A DNA stretch of 34,267 nucleotides, from assembly GCA_041573235.1 (NCBI GenBank), contig JBFFQZ010000001.1:1-34267 (forward strand), read 5' to 3'. Both the position numbers and the translations under genes were made by a program. The notes under the pieces were generated by a model. It did no database searches, was not told where the DNA came from, and worked only from the letters and a program-made list of their open reading frames with translations. Below are positions 25,228-32,867 of this stretch, in pieces. Source of the DNA: Sulfitobacter sp. GTDB taxonomy: Bacteria; Pseudomonadota; Alphaproteobacteria; Rhodobacterales; Rhodobacteraceae. Positions within the stretch are counted from its first letter, which is position 1. Each line of letters opens with the position of its first letter.

Positions 25228-27978
25228 ATGCATTCGATGAGAGACTATTCGTCAGCGATCCAGCTGCGATCTGACAGGTGGAGTGCCCTGCGCGAAGCGA
25301 CAAGCGCCCTGACCCGTGGCCCCAGCGCGGGAGAGACAGCGCAACTTCGACAGACTGTCGAGAAGTTGCTGGAATCCCTCGGCACGATGGAGCCTTACTG
25401 GGCATTCCCGGGGATGCATGCCTTCAACCTGATGCGGCGGCATTTTGAGCATGGCAAGCTTGACGATCTGAGCTTTGCGGTAAACCGGGTGACCCGCGCG
25501 CTGACCACCGGCGCCTATCGCCGCCGCTCGATCCCGCTGGAGCGCGACAGCCTCGATCAGGAAGAACAGGATGATGACGCACATCACTCGCCCGAGATGC
25601 GCGCGCACATCAAACCCTACTTCGAAGTGCTGATCGTCGATAGCGTCAACGAGCATCAGGAACGTTGGCTGAAAAGCAATGTGACGTCGATGCGCCGCCC
25701 CGAAGATCAATTCGTTTACGAGGCTGTCGTGGTCCCGTCGATCGAGGATGCTCTGATCGCCGTTCTGTTCAATCACAACATTCAGGCCATCGTGGTGCGG
25801 CCCGGACTGGTGCTGGAATCCGAAAGGGCCGAAGAGATCCTGACCCGCTATCTGGCCCGTGCGGGCGGTCGCGAAGAGATCGACGCGATCGCGCCTGAGA
25901 ACTATGGCCCCGAGCTGTGCCGGATGATCGCCAAGGTCCGCCCCGAATTGGACGCCTATCTGGTCACCGAACGCTCCGTCGAGGATATCGCGGGCCTTGA
26001 TCTGGGGATCTGTCGGCGGGTGTTTTACAATTCCGAAGATTTCATGGAGTTGCACCTGAACATCCTGCGCGGGGTTCAGGCCCGCAACAAGTCACCGTTC
26101 TTCACGGCGCTGGTCGAATATTCCAAGCAGCCGACGGGTGTATTCCACGCGATGCCGATCAGTCGCGGCAAATCCATCACCCGCTCGCACTGGATCCAGG
26201 ACATGGGTGCGTTTTACGGGCCCAATATCTTCCTGGCCGAAACCTCCGCCACGTCAGGCGGTCTGGACAGCCTGCTCGAGCCGCATGGCCCGATCAAGGA
26301 AGCGCAGGAACTGGCCGCACGGGCGTTTGGATCGAAACAGACCTTCTTTGCCACCAACGGCACCTCAACCTGCAACAAGATCGTCGTGCAGGCGCTGCTG
26401 CGGCCGGGTGACATCGTTCTGGTCGACCGCGATTGCCACAAATCGCACCACTACGGCATGGTGCTTGCCGGGGCGCATGTGAGCTATCTCGACAGCTATC
26501 CGCTGAGCAAATATTCGATGTACGGCGCGGTGCCGTTGTCGGAGATGAAAGAGCGGCTGCTCGAGCTCAAGGCGCAGGGAAAGCTGGACCGCGTGCGGAT
26601 GCTTCTCCTGACCAACTGCACCTTCGACGGGTTGGTCTACAACGTCGAGCGGGTCATGGAGGAATGCCTGGCGATCAAGCCTGATCTGATCTTCCTGTGG
26701 GACGAAGCCTGGTTCGCCTTCGCGCGTTTCAACCCGACCTATCGTCAGCGTACGGCGATGAACGCCGCGAACGTGCTGCGCGCGCGGTTCAAGACGGAGG
26801 CCCATGCAGCGGCCTATGCCGCCCAGCAGGAGACTCTGAAAGACGCGGACCACGAAACGCTGATGAAGACCCGCCTTATCCCGCCGCCGACGGCGCGGGT
26901 ACGCACCTATTCGACCCAATCGACACACAAGACGCTGACGTCCCTGCGACAGGGGTCGATGATCCACGTCAACGATCAGGACTTCAAGGGCGAGGTCGAA
27001 CAGTCGTTCCACGAAGCCTACATGACCCACACATCCACCTCGCCGAACTATCAGATCATTGCGTCGCTCGACGTGGGGCGTCGACAGGTTGAACTGGAAG
27101 GGTTCGAGTTCGTGCAGCGCCAGATCGAGGCCGCGATGTCCATGCGTCGCGCGCTTAGTGACCATCCGCTGCTACGCAAGTATTTCAAGGTACTGACCGC
27201 CGGCGACATGATCCCCGAGCAGCACCGCGAAAGCGGCGTGACCAGCTATTACGATGCCGAACAGGGCTGGACCGACATGTGGGACTGCTGGGAGCGCGAT
27301 GAATTCGTTCTGGATGCAAGCCGCGTGACGCTGCTGGTCGGTGGGACCGGTTGGGACGGAGACACCTTCAAGAACAAGGTCTTGATGGACAAATACGGTA
27401 TCCAGATCAACAAGACTTCGCGCAATACCGTCCTGTTCATGACCAATATCGGCACGACGCGGTCCTCTGTGGCCTATCTGATCGAAGTGCTGGTCGAAAT
27501 CGCCAAGTCGCTGGACGAATTGAACGATGACGCCTCGGGCATGGAAAAGCTCGGCTTTGACCGGCGGGTTCACAACCTGCTGGAAAATTGCCCGCCGTTG
27601 CCGGACTTCAGCCGCTTTCACAAGGCGTTCCTCGAAAGTGGCAACAGCCATGAGGGCGACATTCGCAAGGCGTTCTTCCTAGCCTATGACGAAAAGAATT
27701 GTGACTATCTCGAGCTTAACGGCTCGCTCAAGGAAGCGATGGACCGCGGCGAGACGGTTGTCTCGGCCAGTTTCATCATCCCCTATCCACCTGGCTTTCC
27801 CATCCTTGTCCCCGGACAGGTGGTCAGCCAGGAAATCCTGAGTTTCATGCGCGCACTCGATGTGAGCGAAATCCACGGGTATCGGCCGGATCTCGGCCTG
27901 AGGGTATTCACCCAAGAGGCGCTTGAGGGAGTGGGCGCCATTCCGAAAAAAACATCAAAAAAAGCTTCAGCTAAATAG
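25228..27978 (+). CDS. Large PLP-dependent amino-acid decarboxylase, Orn/Lys/Arg decarboxylase fold (916 aa)
   Basis: LDSLLEPHGPIKEAQ, FATNGTSTCNKIV, VDRDCHKSHH, TNCTFDG, WDEAW, QSTHKT (PLP lysine), HTSTSP.YQIIASLD, PYPPGFPILVPG; RBS GGAG before ATG 25228. Confidence 0.93.
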   Translation: MHSMRDYSSAIQLRSDRWSALREATSALTRGPSAGETAQLRQTVEKLLESLGTMEPYWAFPGMHAFNLMRRHFEHGKLDDLSFAVNRVTRALTTGAYRRRSIPLERDSLDQEEQDDDAHHSPEMRAHIKPYFEVLIVDSVNEHQERWLKSNVTSMRRPEDQFVYEAVVVPSIEDALIAVLFNHNIQAIVVRPGLVLESERAEEILTRYLARAGGREEIDAIAPENYGPELCRMIAKVRPELDAYLVTERSVEDIAGLDLGICRRVFYNSEDFMELHLNILRGVQARNKSPFFTALVEYSKQPTGVFHAMPISRGKSITRSHWIQDMGAFYGPNIFLAETSATSGGLDSLLEPHGPIKEAQELAARAFGSKQTFFATNGTSTCNKIVVQALLRPGDIVLVDRDCHKSHHYGMVLAGAHVSYLDSYPLSKYSMYGAVPLSEMKERLLELKAQGKLDRVRMLLLTNCTFDGLVYNVERVMEECLAIKPDLIFLWDEAWFAFARFNPTYRQRTAMNAANVLRARFKTEAHAAAYAAQQETLKDADHETLMKTRLIPPPTARVRTYSTQSTHKTLTSLRQGSMIHVNDQDFKGEVEQSFHEAYMTHTSTSPNYQIIASLDVGRRQVELEGFEFVQRQIEAAMSMRRALSDHPLLRKYFKVLTAGDMIPEQHRESGVTSYYDAEQGWTDMWDCWERDEFVLDASRVTLLVGGTGWDGDTFKNKVLMDKYGIQINKTSRNTVLFMTNIGTTRSSVAYLIEVLVEIAKSLDELNDDASGMEKLGFDRRVHNLLENCPPLPDFSRFHKAFLESGNSHEGDIRKAFFLAYDEKNCDYLELNGSLKEAMDRGETVVSASFIIPYPPGFPILVPGQVVSQEILSFMRALDVSEIHGYRPDLGLRVFTQEALEGVGAIPKKTSKKASAK

Positions 27979-27995
27979 AATAAAAGGAGCATATC

Positions 27996-29453
27996 ATGGC
28001 TACCGTTCTTAGGAATATCTCTGAAATCCGTCGGTTCTTTCACCGAAACGAGGACCCGATCTATTTCATCTCTGCGACCAACTTCAACCTGTTGGGGCTT
28101 GATGAATGGGTGAAGAATTTCAAATACATCTGCTATATCGACTGCTACGGCGGCAAGCATCCGAACGTGTTCTGCCCGTCCGAGCAGCCGCACGCGGAAT
28201 TCCAGTCGATCGAGGACATCAACAACTACCTGCTGCAACACAAGGAAGTCATCGACTTCATCAAGAAGCGCGGTGGGAAGCCCAAGTTCGTGTTTCTGAT
28301 GTTCGATGAGGAAACAGAGCGTCTGTCCAAGGAGCTGGGTGCCGAAGTCTGGTTCCCGAAGGCCAAGCTGCGCAGCGCGATGGACAACAAGATCGAAACC
28401 GTGCGCATCGGCAACAAGGCAGGCGTGCCGTCGGTGCCCAATACGCTGGCCGAGGTGACCTCCTACGAGAACCTGCGCGAGACCTGCGAAGCGGCGGGCA
28501 TCGGACATGACCTGGTGCTGCAGTCGGCGTTCGGCGATTCCGGTCACACCACGTTCTTCATCAAGAACGAGGCCGATTTCCGCCGCCATCAGAGCGAAAT
28601 CATCGGTGAAGGTGAGATCAAGATCATGAAGCGCATCAATTGCCGCGGAGCGGCGATCGAGGCTTGCGCGACCAGGGAAGGCACCATCGTTGGCCCGCTG
28701 ATGACCGAACTGGTAGGCTTCAACGAACTTACACCCTATCGCGGGGGCTGGTGCGGCAACGAGATCCTCGCAACGGCCTTCCCGCCGAAGGTGCGTCAAC
28801 AGGCGCGCGACCTGACCTTCAAGTTCGGTGAACAGCTGCGCAAGGAAGGCTATCGCGGTTATTTCGAGCTGGATTTCCTGATCGACAAGAAGACCGGCGA
28901 TCTGTGGCTGGGGGAGCTGAATCCGCGCATCACGGGCGCGTCTTCGATGACCAACCACGCGGCTTTTGCCCATGCGGATGCGCCCCTCTTCCTGTTCCAC
29001 CTGCTTGAGTTCTCGAAGAAGAAATTCAATCTTGACGTGGATGAGCTGAACGCGCGTTGGGCGGACCCGGCAAACATTGATGGTTGGTCGCAGATGGTGA
29101 TCAAGCACACCAAGGACAGCGTCGATATCTGTACCGAAAGCCCCGAAACCGGCATCTACAAGATGAAAGAGGACGGATCGGTCGTGTTCGACCGCTTCGA
29201 CTATCACCGCCGCGCGGTGGAAAGCGAGAACGAAGCGTTCTTCCTGAGGATCCTACAGCCGGGCGATTACCGCTATGAAGGTGCCGATATCGGCATCCTC
29301 GTGACGCGCGGACGGTCGATGACGAAGGCTTTCCAGTTGAATGAACGTGCGAAAAAGTGGATTCATGGAATCAAGCGTGCGGTCGACGGTAAACCTCTGC
29401 CGGTCGCGCAAGCTGCTCCGGATCTTGCTGATCCGGCGTTCAAGATCATGTAA
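27996..29453 (+). CDS. Stand-alone ATP-grasp ligase of unknown specificity (485 aa)
   Basis: DNKIETVRI..KAGVPSVP, LVLQSAFGDSGHTTFFI loop, RGYFELDFLID...LWLGELNPRITG (E-x-N-P-R); RBS AAAGGAG; no BCCP or carboxyltransferase nearby. Confidence 0.85.
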   Translation: MATVLRNISEIRRFFHRNEDPIYFISATNFNLLGLDEWVKNFKYICYIDCYGGKHPNVFCPSEQPHAEFQSIEDINNYLLQHKEVIDFIKKRGGKPKFVFLMFDEETERLSKELGAEVWFPKAKLRSAMDNKIETVRIGNKAGVPSVPNTLAEVTSYENLRETCEAAGIGHDLVLQSAFGDSGHTTFFIKNEADFRRHQSEIIGEGEIKIMKRINCRGAAIEACATREGTIVGPLMTELVGFNELTPYRGGWCGNEILATAFPPKVRQQARDLTFKFGEQLRKEGYRGYFELDFLIDKKTGDLWLGELNPRITGASSMTNHAAFAHADAPLFLFHLLEFSKKKFNLDVDELNARWADPANIDGWSQMVIKHTKDSVDICTESPETGIYKMKEDGSVVFDRFDYHRRAVESENEAFFLRILQPGDYRYEGADIGILVTRGRSMTKAFQLNERAKKWIHGIKRAVDGKPLPVAQAAPDLADPAFKIM

Positions 29454-29478
29454 CACAAGTCTTTCAGAAAGGCCGCCC

Positions 29479-30450
29479 ATGTACTGGCGCGCGATCTCAG
29501 AGGACTTGCCCGGCCCCAAGTGGGCCGGGCTTTTCCGTGAATATTGGTCCGACTATCGGGCATGGTGGCTCAAGGAAGGCGAGACCGCCCGCCCGACCTA
29601 TGCCGAAAGTCGAAGGGCATTGGCCCTGCATATGCCCGAGATCGTCGATCTCTATGATGAGCTTTGCGAATTGGCCGGTGGCGGCGATCACGCGGCGCGG
29701 TTCCTCAGCTTTTACACCCCTCCGCCCTACCTTGCCGGGTGCAGCCAGGCCATCTGGGCGGGCAAGCAGCCGGTGATGGTGCGCAACTATGACTATAACC
29801 CCAAGGCGTTCGACAGCCTGGTGCTGCGCACCCGATGGCAGGGTCGCACGGTGATGGGCACCTCTGACGGGCTTTGGGGACTGGTCGATGGCATCAATGA
29901 CAAGGGGTTGTCGATCTCGCTGACCTTCGGGGGGCGGCGGATTGTCGGCGAAGGCTTTGGCGTACCGCTGATCCTGCGCTACGTGTTGCAGACCTGCGAA
30001 ACGGCAGCGCAGGCCGGAGAGGTCCTGGCCCGCATCCCCACCCACATGAGCTATAACGTGACGGTCCTGGACCGGCAGCGGAATTACCTGACGGTGATGA
30101 TGGCCCCGGACCGTCCTGCGCTGGTGACCCATGCGGCAGTGGCGACGAATCATCAGGAGAACGTGGAATGGGTCAGTCACGCGCGTTTCACCGCCACCGT
30201 TGAACGCGAGCGTTTCCTGTTGCAGCGCCTGCGCCTGCACCGCGACCCGGAGGAGAAATTCATCAACGCGTTTCTGAAGCCACCGCTGTATTCCACCGCG
30301 TTCGCCCACGGGTTCGGAACGCTTTATACTGCCGTCTACAGGCCCCGGAAAAAAGAGATGGAGCTGCGGTGGCCCGATGTGGTCTGGTCGCTGTCGATGA
30401 ACGAATTCGTGGAAGGCGCGCGGTATGTGGCGCTGCCGGGAGTGCCGTGA
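29479..30450 (+). CDS. C45-family Ntn-hydrolase/acyltransferase (autoproteolytic), 323 aa
   Basis: AG|CSQ putative autocleavage site (Cys88), VRNYDY, DGINDKGL, ATNH; start reassigned to ATG 29479 (MYWRAISE). Confidence 0.85.
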   Translation: MYWRAISEDLPGPKWAGLFREYWSDYRAWWLKEGETARPTYAESRRALALHMPEIVDLYDELCELAGGGDHAARFLSFYTPPPYLAGCSQAIWAGKQPVMVRNYDYNPKAFDSLVLRTRWQGRTVMGTSDGLWGLVDGINDKGLSISLTFGGRRIVGEGFGVPLILRYVLQTCETAAQAGEVLARIPTHMSYNVTVLDRQRNYLTVMMAPDRPALVTHAAVATNHQENVEWVSHARFTATVERERFLLQRLRLHRDPEEKFINAFLKPPLYSTAFAHGFGTLYTAVYRPRKKEMELRWPDVVWSLSMNEFVEGARYVALPGVP

Positions 30451-31550
30451 TGGGACCATTGGCATCGTTGAAAGTGGTCGAGTTTTCGGGCCTTGGGCCA
30501 GCACCGCTCGCGGGGCAACTGCTGGCGGATCTGGGTGCGGAGGTGATCACCGTGGACCGCAAGGCCGCACCTGCGGACCCCACCGACATCAACCGGCGCG
30601 GCAAGCGGTCGGTCGTGCTCGATCTCAAGGATCCGCGTGCGATTGAGGCGGCACGGCGACTGATCGCGGCCAGTGACGTGCTGATCGAAGGGTTTCGGCC
30701 TGGCGTGATGGAACGTCTGGGCCTCGGGCCCGCCGACTGTCCCGAAAGGTTGATCTATGCGCGGATGACCGGCTGGGGGCAGGAAGGGCCCTTGGCCCAG
30801 ACCGCTGGGCACGACATCAACTACCTTGCGCTGACCGGCGCGCTGCATGCGATGGGCGACGCCGACAGACCCCCGGTGCCGCCGCTGAACCTCGTGGCGG
30901 ATTACGGCGGCGGCACGATGTTCCTGCTGCTGGGCATCCTGTCGGCGGTAATCGAACGCGGGGTCTCTGGAAAGGGACAGGTCGTGGACGCGGCGATGGT
31001 CGACGGCGTGCCCGCGATGATGGGGTTGATTCATGCCATGCTGGCGCGCGGACAGTGGCGCGAAACACGGGCCAGCAACTGGCTTGACGGGGCGGCGCCG
31101 TTCTACCGATGCTACCGCTGCGCCTGCGGCGGGTTCATTTCGGTCGGCGCGCTGGAGCCGCAGTTCCACGCGCTGTTGCTGGAAAAAGCGGGCTTGCCGC
31201 AGGACCACCAGAAAACCCAGAACGACGCGACGACATGGCCTGACCGTGCCGCGCTCTATGCCAAGGCATTCGGTTCCCGCAGCCGCGACGACTGGGCCGC
31301 CGTGTTCGAAGGCACCGACGCCTGCGTGGCCCCCGTGCTGACGTTTTCAGAGGCGCGGTTTCATCCGCACATGGCCGCACGGCAGACGTTCGTCGCACCG
31401 GGCGGCATCCAGCAGGCCGCACCCGCACCACGTTTCAGCCGTACGGCACCGGGCACGCCGCAGGCCCCCGCCGCAATCGGCGGAGATACGCGCGCGGTGC
31501 TCGAAAGCCTTGGATACCCAGGCGGCTCACTTGATACTCTGCCGTCTTAG
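30450..31550 (+). CDS. CaiB/BaiF class III CoA-transferase (alpha-methylacyl-CoA racemase-like)
   Basis: GLGPAP..LADLGAEV, RGKRSVVLDLK, EGFRPGVMERLGLG, AGHDINY, NLVADYGGG, VDAAMVDG; TGATG overlap with the C45 gene. Confidence 0.93.
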   Translation: MGPLASLKVVEFSGLGPAPLAGQLLADLGAEVITVDRKAAPADPTDINRRGKRSVVLDLKDPRAIEAARRLIAASDVLIEGFRPGVMERLGLGPADCPERLIYARMTGWGQEGPLAQTAGHDINYLALTGALHAMGDADRPPVPPLNLVADYGGGTMFLLLGILSAVIERGVSGKGQVVDAAMVDGVPAMMGLIHAMLARGQWRETRASNWLDGAAPFYRCYRCACGGFISVGALEPQFHALLLEKAGLPQDHQKTQNDATTWPDRAALYAKAFGSRSRDDWAAVFEGTDACVAPVLTFSEARFHPHMAARQTFVAPGGIQQAAPAPRFSRTAPGTPQAPAAIGGDTRAVLESLGYPGGSLDTLPS

Positions 31551-31567
31551 CGCCAGCTTCGACGCAC

Positions 31568-31596
31568 TTAACCTTAGCAACCCGTTCGGATAGAGT
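31568..31596 (+). promoter_or_regulatory. Candidate promoter for pqi operon (possibly leaderless)
   Basis: TTAACC-N17-TAGAGT, then 6 nt to ATG 31603; no Shine-Dalgarno. Confidence 0.4.
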
Positions 31597-31602
31597 CTGC
31601 CG

Positions 31603-32250
31603 ATGACCGATGCCGTAGTTTCCCTGGAAAATACCACGCTGGACGAACTGATTGTTTGTCCGCGATGCGATGCGGCCTATCGCCTGCAACGCCCCGCGCA
31701 TGGCGAACGCGCGGTGTGCGGGCGCTGTCACAAAGTGTTGATCGCCCCGCGCCGCAAAGCAGGCGCGCAGATCATAGCTGTCTCGGTGGCGGTCGTGATC
31801 CTGATCGTCGCGGCAAGCATCTTCCCCTTTCTCCAGATTTCGGCCGCAGGTAAATCCAACGCCGTGTCGATCCTCGATGCTGCGTTCACCTTCACCGAAG
31901 GGCCGATGCTGGTGCTGGCCCTGCTCACTGCGGGGTTCATCATGTTCGTGCCGCTGATGCGGATGCTTTTGACGCTGTATGTGCTGGTGCCCGTGGTGCT
32001 TGACCGTCCGCCCGCGCGCCACGCCATTCAGGCGTTTCGCCTGTCCGAGGAACTGCGGCCATGGTCGATGGCCGAAATCTTTGCGCTGGGCTGTGCCGTG
32101 GCGCTGGTCAAGGTCGCTGATCTGGCGACGGTGAATTTTGGTCCGGCGTTCTGGATGTTCGGAGTGCTCGTCGTACTTGTCATGGTGCAAGACGGGTTTA
32201 TGTGCAAATGGTCAGTATGGAACTCACTGGAACACCCCAGGAAACGGTAA
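31603..32250 (+). CDS. pqiA: Paraquat-inducible protein A, first half-size copy
   Basis: CPRCD and CGRCH Cys pairs, FPFL, LRPWSMAEIF.LG..VALVKV motif. Confidence 0.9.
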   Translation: MTDAVVSLENTTLDELIVCPRCDAAYRLQRPAHGERAVCGRCHKVLIAPRRKAGAQIIAVSVAVVILIVAASIFPFLQISAAGKSNAVSILDAAFTFTEGPMLVLALLTAGFIMFVPLMRMLLTLYVLVPVVLDRPPARHAIQAFRLSEELRPWSMAEIFALGCAVALVKVADLATVNFGPAFWMFGVLVVLVMVQDGFMCKWSVWNSLEHPRKR

Positions 32251-32867
32251 CCGCGCGCGAGGCGGGCATCGTCGCCTGCACACGCTGCACCCGCGCCTGG
32301 CCGCTGGGCACGCCGACCTGCGGGCGCTGCGGCGCACGGCTGGTGTCGCGCGATGAACATAGCCTTCAACGGGTCTGGGCGCTGTGGCTTGTGGGGCTGA
32401 TGTGCTACATCCCGGCCAACACCTATCCGATGCTGCACACCCAGCAATTGTTCAAGACGGATGACAGTACGATCATCGGCGGTGCGGTGGACCTGGCGCA
32501 TCACGGCGCTTACGGGATTTCGGCGATCATCCTCATCGCCTCGGTTCTCATCCCGGTGGGCAAATTCTGGGCGGTGGCATTTCTGGCCATCAGCGTCCGG
32601 CAAGAGCAGAGCGGCAAGCACCACCGCCGCCTGTGGCTGTACGAGATGGTCGAATACATCGGGCGCTGGTCAATGGTCGATATCTTTGTGGTTGCGATCC
32701 TTTCCGCGCTTGTGCAACTCAAGGGGCTGGCAGCGATCACTCCTGGCCCGGCGGCGTTCTTTTTCGCCCTTTCGGTGATATTCACGATGCTGGCCGCGCA
32801 AGCGTTTGATCCCCGGATGATCTGGGACGCGTGGCATAACGAAGACGAGGCGCGCGAACATGGCTGA
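32217..32867 (+). CDS. pqiA: Paraquat-inducible protein A, second half-size copy
   Basis: CTRC and CGRCG, YIPANTYPM, STIIGG, IGRWSMVDIFVVAIL, FDPRMIWD; start uncertain (32202-32217). Confidence 0.9.
   Translation: MELTGTPQETVTAREAGIVACTRCTRAWPLGTPTCGRCGARLVSRDEHSLQRVWALWLVGLMCYIPANTYPMLHTQQLFKTDDSTIIGGAVDLAHHGAYGISAIILIASVLIPVGKFWAVAFLAISVRQEQSGKHHRRLWLYEMVEYIGRWSMVDIFVVAILSALVQLKGLAAITPGPAAFFFALSVIFTMLAAQAFDPRMIWDAWHNEDEAREHG

Noticed and set aside
25228-27978. Classical acid-resistance decarboxylase system
   Set aside because: No APC-family antiporter adjacent; neighbours are a ligase and hydrolases.
27996-30450. RiPP (ATP-grasp graspetide) or beta-lactam cluster
   Set aside because: No precursor peptide with repeated cores, NRPS or IPNS-like oxygenase in the window.
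31603-32867. Split pqiA as a frameshifted pseudogene
   Set aside because: Each half has its own Cys pairs and complete PqiA domain; two half-size genes are a common natural arrangement.
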